This document shows, piece by piece, positions 1 to 7,222 of a DNA stretch of 27,893 bases; position 1 is the first letter of the stretch, and every line of letters begins with the position of its first letter. The notes under the pieces are model-generated. The model saw nothing but the letters and a program-made list of their open reading frames with translations, had not been told where the DNA came from and did not search any database. This stretch comes from Pseudomonadota bacterium (GTDB lineage Bacteria; UBA10199; 2-02-FULL-44-16; JAAZCA01): NCBI GenBank assembly GCA_043798915.1, contig JAZDOG010000076.1, positions 1 to 27,893 on the forward strand. Reading direction: 5' to 3'. The position numbers and the translations under genes were made by a program.

Positions 1-136
1 AGAATAGATGGCGGCGGTATCGGCTCGTATCCTTGCCCTATAAGCGCTTTCGCATTTGGGGACCCGGCGTATTACTGATCGCCGATCGCCTGACATCACG
101 ACTTTGCCGTTGCCGTGCCTCAGGGGCGCGTTCGCA

Positions 137-165
137 TTGACCTCATCGCCGGGCCCTGTTATCAT
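137..165 (+). promoter_or_regulatory. Putative sigma70 promoter of the pilus operon
   Basis: TTGACC (137-142), 17 nt, TATCAT (160-165) with extended -10 TG at 157-158. It lies 22 nt upstream of ATG 188, with a GGGGGG SD-like run between them. Confidence 0.65.
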
Positions 166-187
166 TCAAAATTCGGGGGGTATCACG

Positions 188-1882
188 ATGCCAAAAACCA
201 GCCAGAATGTACTCGACAACATCGGCAAGGAACTCGTCGAGGCCGGCCTCATCAGCGCCGACCAGCTGGCTGTCGCTTTAGAGACGCAGAAGAACCTGGG
301 CGGCGATCTGGGCCACATCCTGATGAAGAAGGGGTTCGTGACCGAGGAGAATATCCTCGAGTTCTTGAGCCAGTATATCAATATCCCGTTCGTCTCCCTC
401 AAGGAGCTTACTGTCGATTCTGAGGTCACGAAGGTCGTCCCTTTGAGCCTCGCCCGGAAGTACCATTTTATGCCGCTCTCCAAGATGGAGGACACGATCA
501 CCGTCGCAATGGCCGATCCGCTCGATGTCTTTGCCATCGACGAGATCAGGGCGGTCCTCAAGTGCCGCATCCGGCCGGTCCTTGCGTCCGGCGCGGAGAT
601 AGACAAGCTCGTCACCGAAAACTACAGGATACTCGAGCTCTCCGAGGGAGGGGGCGACGACGTCGAGGTCATCCGCTATGGTGCGGACGCCGCGGAGGAT
701 GCCACCGATCACCTGAAGGAAATCGCGTCGGGCGCCAAGGTTGTGGCGGAGACGAGCCGGATCATACGCGGCGCCATCAAGGAGCATGCCAGCGACATAC
801 ACATCGAACCGCAGGCGGGCTCCGTCAAGGTGCGCAACCGCATAGACGGCGTGCTCGAAGAGCGCATCACCTTTGCCAAGAATATGCACCTGCCGATCGT
901 GACCCGCATCAAGATCATGTCTGGCATGGACATTGCCGAGCGCCGCGTTCCGCAGGACGGGCGCGTGCGCCTCAAGGTGCGCGGTGTCTCCGCCGATATG
1001 CGCGTTTCCACATTTCCCACGATGCACGGCGAGAAGGTGGTGATCCGGCTTTTGTCGAAGGATCAGGCCATTGGCCTTGAGACCCTGGGATTCATGGCCG
1101 ACGAGCGCAAGATATTCGAGGAGATCATCTCCCGCCCACACGGGATATTTCTCGTGACCGGGCCCACCGGAAGCGGCAAGACTACGACGCTCTATGCGGC
1201 CCTGCAGAAGATCAACTCGCAGGACAAGAACCTTGTCTCGATCGAGGATCCGATCGAAAATGAGATCATCGGCGTCAGCCAGGCGCAGGTGAATATCAAG
1301 GCAGGTATGACCTTCGCGTCAGCGCTGCGCTCCATCCTCAGGCAGGACCCCGATGTGATCATGGTGGGCGAAATCCGCGACAGCGAGACGGCCGACATCG
1401 CGGTGCGCGCTGCCATCACTGGTCACCTCGTCTTCTCCACCATCCACACGAATACCGCTATCGGGTCCGTGGGCCGCATGCACGATCTCGGCGTCGAGCC
1501 CTTCATGATAGCCTCCGGCATCATCGGCGTCATGTCCCAGCGGCTGGTGAGGCGCGTCTGTCCACATTGCAGTGCCCCGGTTGATGTCAACCCAGCAAAA
1601 CTCATGCTGATGGGAATCCCGGAAGGCACCCAGCTCAAGAAAGGGAAGGGCTGCAAGAACTGCCGCATGAGCGGTTTCTCGGGGAGGGTCGGTCTCTTCG
1701 AACTCATCTCGGTGGATGCGGAATTGAGAAAGATGATCATCAGCGGCGTCTCAGAGGATGAGATGACTGCGCTTGTGAGGAAGAGGGGTGTTGTGGACCT
1801 GCGCGAGCAGGGGCGCCGCCGGGTGATGGAGGGCTTGACCACCATTGAGGAAGTCCTGAGAGTTACGGAAGAGAGGGATTAG
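188..1882 (+). CDS. pilB: Type IV pilus/T2SS assembly ATPase (PilB/GspE/MshE family) with N-terminal MshEN-like domain
   Basis: Walker A GPTGSGKT, Walker B VIMVGEIRD, ASDIHIEP, His box TGHLVFSTIHTN, tetracysteine CPHC...CKNC. Start moved from TTG 56 to ATG 188 because of the SD and promoter. Confidence 0.93.
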   Translation: MPKTSQNVLDNIGKELVEAGLISADQLAVALETQKNLGGDLGHILMKKGFVTEENILEFLSQYINIPFVSLKELTVDSEVTKVVPLSLARKYHFMPLSKMEDTITVAMADPLDVFAIDEIRAVLKCRIRPVLASGAEIDKLVTENYRILELSEGGGDDVEVIRYGADAAEDATDHLKEIASGAKVVAETSRIIRGAIKEHASDIHIEPQAGSVKVRNRIDGVLEERITFAKNMHLPIVTRIKIMSGMDIAERRVPQDGRVRLKVRGVSADMRVSTFPTMHGEKVVIRLLSKDQAIGLETLGFMADERKIFEEIISRPHGIFLVTGPTGSGKTTTLYAALQKINSQDKNLVSIEDPIENEIIGVSQAQVNIKAGMTFASALRSILRQDPDVIMVGEIRDSETADIAVRAAITGHLVFSTIHTNTAIGSVGRMHDLGVEPFMIASGIIGVMSQRLVRRVCPHCSAPVDVNPAKLMLMGIPEGTQLKKGKGCKNCRMSGFSGRVGLFELISVDAELRKMIISGVSEDEMTALVRKRGVVDLREQGRRRVMEGLTTIEEVLRVTEERD

Positions 1883-1906
1883 CTGACAGCTATTAGCTTA
1901 GCTGAA
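1881..1906. repeat. Short AGCT-based, roughly heptameric repeat in the pilB-pilC gap
   Basis: AGCTGAC-AGCTATT-AGCTT-AGCTGAA. The 11-mer AGCTGACAGCT recurs at 10025-10035. Confidence 0.5.
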
Positions 1907-1910
1907 TTAA

Positions 1911-3134
1911 ATGCCGATATTTCAATACAGAGCCAGGGATGGCGAAGGCCTCCTCGTCACGGGGGAGATAGAGGCGGTGTCGGCGGACGAGCTCAAGGAG
2001 GGCCTCTTTCACGAGGGGATGATTCCCATCGAGGTGAAAGAGGTGCGCATGGGCGCCCTCTCGTTCAAGTTCATTACCAATTTATTTGGAAGGGTGACGC
2101 CGGATGAACTCATGCTCTTTACCCGCCAGTTCTACACGCTCTTCAAGGCGGGCGTGAGCATGGACACGATCTTCGGCACCATGGCGCGCCAGTCGAGTGG
2201 CAGATCGATGCAGAATGCGCTGGTCCGCATACGCACCGACTTAGGCGGCGGCGCCACGATGGCGCAGGCATTCGCCAGGCATCCGCAGATATTCAACGAG
2301 CTCTATGTCTCCATGGTCGCCGCCGGCGAGGAGGCCGGCATCCTCGAGGAGGTGCTGCGGAACCTCTCAAGCCTCCTCCAGAAGGATTTCGAGATACAGA
2401 AGAACATAAAGGGCGCGGTCCTTTATCCGAAGATAGTGCTGGCAGTGCTCGTGCTGGCTGTGTCATTCCTCATGGCCTTCGTGATCCCCAAATTCGTGGG
2501 TTTCTATGCTCACTACAGCGCGGAGCTTCCGCTTCCCACGAAGCTGCTGATCGGCATCAGCAGCTTCTTTCGCAACTACTGGTATGTCATCTTGTTGGTT
2601 GCAGGGCTCGGATTCTTCGCGTTTAATCGTTTTTATCAGACGAAGGTCGGGCGGATGAAGTGGGACCGGGCGCGTTTTCACCTCCCGGTGTTCGGGGCCC
2701 TGAATCTCAAGGTCGCCAACGCCAGGTTCGGCCACATACTCTCGGCCCTCTATCGCTCGGGGCTCACGATGCCCAGGAGCCTCGAGGTCGTCTCGAGCGT
2801 TATCGGCAACGTCGCTTTCGCGATGGAGGTGCAGAAGGTTAAGGACGAAATACAGCGGGGCGCGACGCTTTCAGAGGCACTGTCGCATCAGACATATTTT
2901 CCGCCGGTCATCATCGAGACGACTGCCGTCGGCGAGCGCTCCGGTGCCCTTGGGGAGATGCTCTCCACGGTCGCCGAGCATTACGACCTCGAGGTCGGCC
3001 ATTCCATAAAGAACCTGACCACGCTCCTCGAGCCGCTTCTTCTCGTCGGCATATTCGGGATGGTCCTCCTTTTGGCTCTCGCCATTTTTCTCCCGATTTG
3101 GAATATGTCGACTTTGGTGAGCGGCAAGGGATAG
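1911..3134 (+). CDS. pilC: Type IV pilus/T2SS inner-membrane platform protein (PilC/GspF/MshG)
   Basis: MPIFQYRARDGEG N-terminus, FTRQFYTLFKAGV, AGEEAGILEEVL, AVLYP+TM, VGERSGAL, LLEPLL...AIFLPIW: two T2SSF repeats. Confidence 0.93.
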   Translation: MPIFQYRARDGEGLLVTGEIEAVSADELKEGLFHEGMIPIEVKEVRMGALSFKFITNLFGRVTPDELMLFTRQFYTLFKAGVSMDTIFGTMARQSSGRSMQNALVRIRTDLGGGATMAQAFARHPQIFNELYVSMVAAGEEAGILEEVLRNLSSLLQKDFEIQKNIKGAVLYPKIVLAVLVLAVSFLMAFVIPKFVGFYAHYSAELPLPTKLLIGISSFFRNYWYVILLVAGLGFFAFNRFYQTKVGRMKWDRARFHLPVFGALNLKVANARFGHILSALYRSGLTMPRSLEVVSSVIGNVAFAMEVQKVKDEIQRGATLSEALSHQTYFPPVIIETTAVGERSGALGEMLSTVAEHYDLEVGHSIKNLTTLLEPLLLVGIFGMVLLLALAIFLPIWNMSTLVSGKG

Positions 3135-3167
3135 TGTATTGTAGTCCAGGTTTTTCAGGGAGGTGTC

Positions 3168-3536
3168 ATGGAAAAGCAGAAGCGGCCCGCGTATGAGACC
3201 GTCATCGTGGCACTCGTCGTAGGGCTGTCGCTCGTGCTCGGCATCGGGCTCTATTCCGGACGCGCCAGGATACAAAAGAGCAACCTCCTCATTCAGGAGC
3301 TGGCTATGTTGCGCTCGTCGGTGACGGTCTACAAAATGTTAAACGGCAAAAACCCCGAGTCGCTGGAGGAACTGGCGGCTTCCACCTACAAGGTCGATTC
3401 CATGCCCAGGCCGTACATCGACCGCCTGCCCAGGTCTCAGAACGGAGGCGTGGTGGATCCCTTTGGCAATCCGTATCGTTATGATATAAAGAGCGGATGG
3501 GTGTGCAGCGGCACCCCCGAATTTGCACGATGGTAG
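3168..3536 (+). CDS. Pilin/pseudopilin-like protein (GspG-like head) lacking a canonical prepilin cleavage site
   Basis: GGGAGG SD. One N-terminal hydrophobic helix, LRSSVTVYK...NPESLEEL and DPFGNPYRY (GspG-like DPWG-x-PY). Paralogue of 3688-4062. Confidence 0.75.
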   Translation: MEKQKRPAYETVIVALVVGLSLVLGIGLYSGRARIQKSNLLIQELAMLRSSVTVYKMLNGKNPESLEELAASTYKVDSMPRPYIDRLPRSQNGGVVDPFGNPYRYDIKSGWVCSGTPEFARW

Positions 3537-3548
3537 GGCATTGTCACA

Positions 3549-3643
3549 TTCCCCTCCTTTGTAAGGAGGGGAAAGGGGAGGTAGATCAGCATTGAATCAG
3601 CGGTCTACCCCACCCTGACCCTCCCCTTACAAAGGGGAGGGAA
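3549..3643. repeat. REP/BIME-like inverted doublet of two palindromic units
   Basis: Left unit TTCCCCTCCTT-TGT-AAGGAGGGGAAAGGGGAGGTAGA (3549-3585) and right unit TCTACCCCACCCTGACCCTCCCCTT-ACA-AAGGGGAGGGAA (3604-3643) are imperfect reverse complements, and each contains its own perfect hairpin. Confidence 0.75.
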
Positions 3644-3687
3644 ACGTCACTGTGTTGCGCAGTTATCAATAAGGAGGAAACAAAATC

Positions 3688-4062
3688 ATGCAACCAGTTT
3701 TCCGCAGAAATATCGAGCGAACGTTTCTCGTGACAGTGGCGCTGATGATGATGATTGCCGTGGTGGTCTTCTTCCGCTTCGAGAGGCATCTGGCCAACCA
3801 GAGGGTGTTCTATTACCAGCTGGAATCGCTTCGGACATCCGTCAACCTCTTCAAGGCGATAACAAAGCGCAATCCAGCGAACCTCAAGGAGCTAGCCGAT
3901 GCGGATTACAGATTCGAGGGCGAGGATCAGTTGCGCCACTACGTGGAATTCCAGGCCGTCGACAAGAAAGGAGAGATCGTGGACGTCTTCGGCAATCCCT
4001 ATGTATATGATTCGAGGACGGGTTGGGTGAGAACCTCCACACCGGGTTACGAATACTGGTGA
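3688..4062 (+). CDS. Second pilin/pseudopilin-like paralogue lacking a canonical prepilin cleavage site
   Basis: AAGGAGG SD. Hydrophobic helix, LRTSVNLFK...NPANLKEL, DVFGNPYVYD..GWV..TP...W C-terminus shared with 3168-3536. Confidence 0.75.
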   Translation: MQPVFRRNIERTFLVTVALMMMIAVVVFFRFERHLANQRVFYYQLESLRTSVNLFKAITKRNPANLKELADADYRFEGEDQLRHYVEFQAVDKKGEIVDVFGNPYVYDSRTGWVRTSTPGYEYW

Positions 4063-4161
4063 AAGGGCAGAGTTTTTCGTAGACTTTTTCTGGATTACAT
4101 ATCATAATGATCTATATTGTTGGGTGGTGGCAGGTTGGGGGCGCTTTAGAGGTTTATTTAA

Positions 4162-4174
4162 TATCAATAAGTTA
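4162..4174 (+). promoter_or_regulatory. Putative IHF binding site upstream of the major pilin
   Basis: TATCAATAAGTTA matches WATCAANNNNTTR exactly, within an AT-rich intergenic region. Confidence 0.45.
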
Positions 4175-4222
4175 TGTAGTTGTCCTTAAACTTTTAGGAA
4201 GTATCAATTGAAAGGGGGGAAT

Positions 4223-4606
4223 ATGAATAGGAAGGGTTTCACGCTGATAGAGTTGATCCTGGTCATTGCAATCCTCGGCATTTTGGCGGTCTCGGCTCTG
4301 CCGAAGTTCTTGAGCCTGTCCACGTCGGCCAAACAGGCCGCGCGCGACGGCGTGGTCGGTGCGGTCAGGGCGGGCATAGCCCTCTATCGCGCCAACGACA
4401 TGGTGACGAACGGAGGCGCCGGAAGCTATCCTACCCATCTCGATGCGTTGGGCGCTGTGGCCTGCACGTCATGCTACGACGCGATCCTGACAACCGGTGT
4501 GAACGACGCGGCCTGGGTAAAGACAGCGGCCGATGTCTACACCTACAACGATGGCACGGCTGTGACGACCTATACGTTCACCACCGCGGCTGGCACATTC
4601 CAGTGA
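4223..4606 (+). CDS. Major type IV pilin, MshA-like
   Basis: Class III signal MNRKG|FTLIEL, ALPKFLSL..A...GVVGAVRAGIALY. Strong SD AAAGGGGGGA before ATG 4223 and a downstream hairpin. Confidence 0.88.
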   Translation: MNRKGFTLIELILVIAILGILAVSALPKFLSLSTSAKQAARDGVVGAVRAGIALYRANDMVTNGGAGSYPTHLDALGAVACTSCYDAILTTGVNDAAWVKTAADVYTYNDGTAVTTYTFTTAAGTFQ

Positions 4607-4656
4607 GATGATGTGGCAGATGGCGTCCTCGTCTGTCCGGATGTGATGACATAAAC

Positions 4657-4700
4657 ACAGGGGGAATCGAGAGGTCGGCCCTTTCGGTTCCCCTTGTTTT
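4657..4700 (+). terminator. Stem-loop terminator/attenuator after the major pilin
   Basis: ACAGGGGGAATCGAGAGG / TCGGC loop / CCTTTCGGTTCCCCTTGT is an 18-bp stem with 3 G-U pairs, followed by Ts. Confidence 0.65.
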
Positions 4701-4723
4701 GTCAGGCGTTCTTAGGAGGATGC

Positions 4724-5218
4724 GTGAAGAAGGGATTCACCGTCGTTGAGATCCTGCTCGTGATCGCGATGCTCTCCGTCATCGCGCTCCTTTTCATCTC
4801 CTACACCGGCGATGTCGGCAATGTCTCCGCAGACGCCGCATCCTGGAAGATACAGGCCGACATACGCCATGCGCAGCAGCTGGCAAACGAGACGGGCGTA
4901 CACCACGGCGTCCAGTTCATGCAGAGCGGCAACTACACCGTCTACAAGGGAAACGCCATGACCCCGGTTCTGGATCCCCTCAGCGGCAAGCCGATGGTGG
5001 TGAACCCCGTGCAATTTGGGAACGTCTGGATCGGCAACGGCTTCCAGGTGGAGTTCGACAAGATGGGGCGTCCCATTTTGGGCGGTGGCGGAAGCGTGGA
5101 GATAATAGCCGAAAGCGGGGCCAAGCGCCGTATCCATGTCGTCAAAGACAGCGGCGCGGTGATAGTGGACATACTGGGCTATGGCTCAGGATGTTCCTGC
5201 CGGATGCGCGGAATCTGA
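4724..5218 (+). CDS. Minor pilin (FimT/GspH/MshC-like)
   Basis: AGGAGG SD then GTG. KKG|FTVVEILLVI, IQADIRHAQQLA, VEFDKMGRP motif. Confidence 0.82.
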   Translation: MKKGFTVVEILLVIAMLSVIALLFISYTGDVGNVSADAASWKIQADIRHAQQLANETGVHHGVQFMQSGNYTVYKGNAMTPVLDPLSGKPMVVNPVQFGNVWIGNGFQVEFDKMGRPILGGGGSVEIIAESGAKRRIHVVKDSGAVIVDILGYGSGCSCRMRGI

Positions 5219-5220
5219 TT

Positions 5221-5685
5221 TTACAGCCTCCACTCGGTCACCCCGGGATAGTCCTCGTTTTCAGACGAGGAATCCTCCGAGATATCGTCAAACTCGACGT
5301 CGCCGTCGATTATATGCATTATGAACCGCCTGAGCGCGGCGAGGTCGGTGTAGGGCTTGTGGAGGAGCTGGAAGCGGCAGCCGGCGAGTTCGAAGCGGGA
5401 GAGGTCCGTGGCGTAGGCGGTCGTGAGGATGATGTTGCAGCCGGGATTGCGCCTCGATGCGATCCGTGCCAGCTCGTAGCCGTTTCTTGAGGGCATGACG
5501 ACATCGCTGATCAAGAGGCCCACGGGGACTTCCTCGAGCAGGAGCCCAGCCTCCGCCGCGTCGGAGAAGAGCTCAAAATCTTTGAGCCCCAGATCCTGGA
5601 GCATTCGACCCCAGAATGACAGAAACGTGGGGTCGTCCTCGACGACGACGATCTTTCCCTCAAGCCTGTGCTTCGCGTTTCCCAT
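5221..5685 (-). CDS. Single-domain response regulator (CheY-like receiver) with acidic C-terminal tail
   Basis: VVVEDD, phosphoacceptor LISDVVMP, TTAY, HKPY. Start 5685 preferred to 5709 because of a GAGGG SD and the promoter position. Confidence 0.88.
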   Translation of the reverse strand: MGNAKHRLEGKIVVVEDDPTFLSFWGRMLQDLGLKDFELFSDAAEAGLLLEEVPVGLLISDVVMPSRNGYELARIASRRNPGCNIILTTAYATDLSRFELAGCRFQLLHKPYTDLAALRRFIMHIIDGDVEFDDISEDSSSENEDYPGVTEWRL

Positions 5686-5714
5686 ATGATTGATCACCCT
5701 CAACTCCATATTTA

Positions 5715-5766
5715 TACAAGTTTCATGCCAGGTTCATGCCCTCGGATTATTTCTAACCAATTGAAA
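5715..5766 (-). promoter_or_regulatory. Putative sigma54 promoter with upstream IHF site
   Basis: Minus strand TGGCATGAAACTTGTA (5730-5715) resembles TGGCAY-N5-TTGCW with one mismatch at -12. TTTCAATTGGTTA (5766-5754) is an IHF consensus with one mismatch at about -55. Confidence 0.55.
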
Positions 5767-5876
5767 TAACAGCCTAAAATAGATGCATAGATGGATGGTC
5801 TGTGACGGTGGGTGTTTTTTTATTGCTTTCAGCCTGTGAAAAATATGCGATGGGGTTAAATTATTAATTTTTTCAA

Positions 5877-6269
5877 CTACTTGGCAGCTTTGGATGGGTT
5901 TGTCAAAATATCCAGGCAGGTCTGGCAAAAAAGACCCATCAAATCCCTTCTTGGCAGGCTGGTGCCGATAAATCTCCTGCCGCGCCTCACCACCGCATCA
6001 ACCCTCTTCGATCGCCTCGCTGCGGCGTCGACAGAGGGCAGGTGGCGGATGATGTCCTTGCTGTGGCTGCCCAGAACGAAGAGCCCCGCGATATCCATCA
6101 GCTTCATGCAGGCGACGGTGTTCCGGAGGTGCTTTTTTTCCACAACAAAAGGAAGGATGGCGATACGGCCCTTGCATTTGGCAGGGACCCTGAGGAGTGC
6201 CTGCGGAATCTCTCTTTCATCAGTGCAGAGCACGCCGATGATACTGGGAGGAGTGAATGTCAGCTTCAT
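5877..6269 (-). CDS. Small basic protein resembling a degenerate shikimate dehydrogenase (AroE) N-terminal domain
   Basis: LPFVV...L...MKLMDIAGLFVLGSHSKDIIRHLPSVDAAARRSKRVDAVVRRGRRFIG parallels AroE G-x-NVTxPHK..ii..ld.ld..A..igAVNT...G.NTD. ATG lies 1 nt after the ribF stop. Confidence 0.55.
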   Translation of the reverse strand: MKLTFTPPSIIGVLCTDEREIPQALLRVPAKCKGRIAILPFVVEKKHLRNTVACMKLMDIAGLFVLGSHSKDIIRHLPSVDAAARRSKRVDAVVRRGRRFIGTSLPRRDLMGLFCQTCLDILTNPSKAAK

Positions 6270-6270
6270 A

Positions 6271-7215
6271 TCATTTCACCTTAGCACGCATCTTGCGTGC
6301 CAGCTCGATATCGAGCCTGATCTGTAGCCCCAAGGCCTGCGCAGAATCGAATGCCTTCTGATCGCGCATGCGGTCGATGAAATCAACCTCAATCTCGATT
6401 CCCATGAGATCCACATCGGCGCCTATGATGTGCGTTTCGATTGTGAAGGCCGCGTCTCTGAAGGTTGGATTGTCGCCGATGCTCGTGATCGAAGGATGAA
6501 CGGCGGGCTCTGAGGCGCCGGACGGGATGATGGTCTGCGTGAGATAGACGCCCTCTTTCGGGATCAGCTCGTTTTGACTTTCGATGTTTGCCGTTCTTGC
6601 GCCGAGCTCGCGGCCCAATGCGCGTCCGGCGACGACACGCCCCGTGATCCTGTATGGCCGGCCGAGGAGGGCGGCCGCCTCCCTGATATTGCCCCCTTCC
6701 ACGAGGCGGCGGATGTTGGTCGAACTGATGAGGGTCTCTCCCGAGAACCGGGCCTCGACGGCGAAGGCGCCAATGCCTTTTTCCCTGCAGAATTCCGTGA
6801 TCGTCTCCATGTCCCCAAGCCTGTGGAGGCCGAAGGTGAAATCATAGCCTGCCACGATGGCCGCCGCATGGAGCCTTGCGACCACCACTTCGTTCAGGAA
6901 TTCCGCTGCGTCCATCGAAGCGAACCGGGCCGTGAAGGGTTCGACGACGCAGATGTTTGCGCCCAGCGCCTCGATTGCAGAGAGCTTCTGCTCTTTTGTC
7001 TGGATGAGGGGAGGGCACTCCGCCGGCGCCAGGATGCGGACCGGATGCGGATCAAACGTGTAGACGACCGATGTGCCGCGCGAGATATTCGCTTCCTCCA
7101 TCGCCCTTTCGATGACTCGGCGATGGCCCACATGCACGCCGTCGAAGTTTCCGAGGGCCACCACTGGCCGCGGCACATCGTTCGGAAAATTACTGGAGCC
7201 GTCAATGAGAAGCAT
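6271..7215 (-). CDS. ribF: Bifunctional riboflavin kinase/FAD synthetase
   Basis: GNFDGVHVGH, TFDPHP, GYDFTFG, ISSTNIR, GRALGRELGARTAN, IETHI. Confidence 0.96.
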   Translation of the reverse strand: MLLIDGSSNFPNDVPRPVVALGNFDGVHVGHRRVIERAMEEANISRGTSVVYTFDPHPVRILAPAECPPLIQTKEQKLSAIEALGANICVVEPFTARFASMDAAEFLNEVVVARLHAAAIVAGYDFTFGLHRLGDMETITEFCREKGIGAFAVEARFSGETLISSTNIRRLVEGGNIREAAALLGRPYRITGRVVAGRALGRELGARTANIESQNELIPKEGVYLTQTIIPSGASEPAVHPSITSIGDNPTFRDAAFTIETHIIGADVDLMGIEIEVDFIDRMRDQKAFDSAQALGLQIRLDIELARKMRAKVK

Positions 7216-7222
7216 AAATGCG

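Noticed and set aside
1..78. Open frame RIDGGGIGSYPCPISAFAFGDPAYY-stop, possibly the 3' end of an upstream gene
   Set aside because: Too short to assign. The GGxGSYP resemblance to the major pilin may be chance.
56..187. N-terminal extensions given by the ORF track (starts 56, 4208, 4694, 5709, 13299, 15508, 24132, 24313)
   Set aside because: Downstream starts have better SD spacing and fit the family N-termini or promoter positions.
4128..4142. Possible sigma54 promoter TGGCA-GGTTGGGG-GC upstream of the major pilin
   Set aside because: GG-N10-GC spacing fits, but the TTGC element is absent and the IHF site lies downstream rather than upstream.
3537..4222. c-di-GMP riboswitch or CRISPR array in the pilus intergenic regions
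   Set aside because: No GEMM-like motif seen. The repeat is a single inverted pair, not a direct repeat-spacer array.
4223..4606. Electrically conductive (e-pilus) pilin
   Set aside because: About 9% aromatic (11 of 122) with F1, F24 and Y50, but position 27 is Leu and the sequence is MshA-like, so evidence is insufficient.
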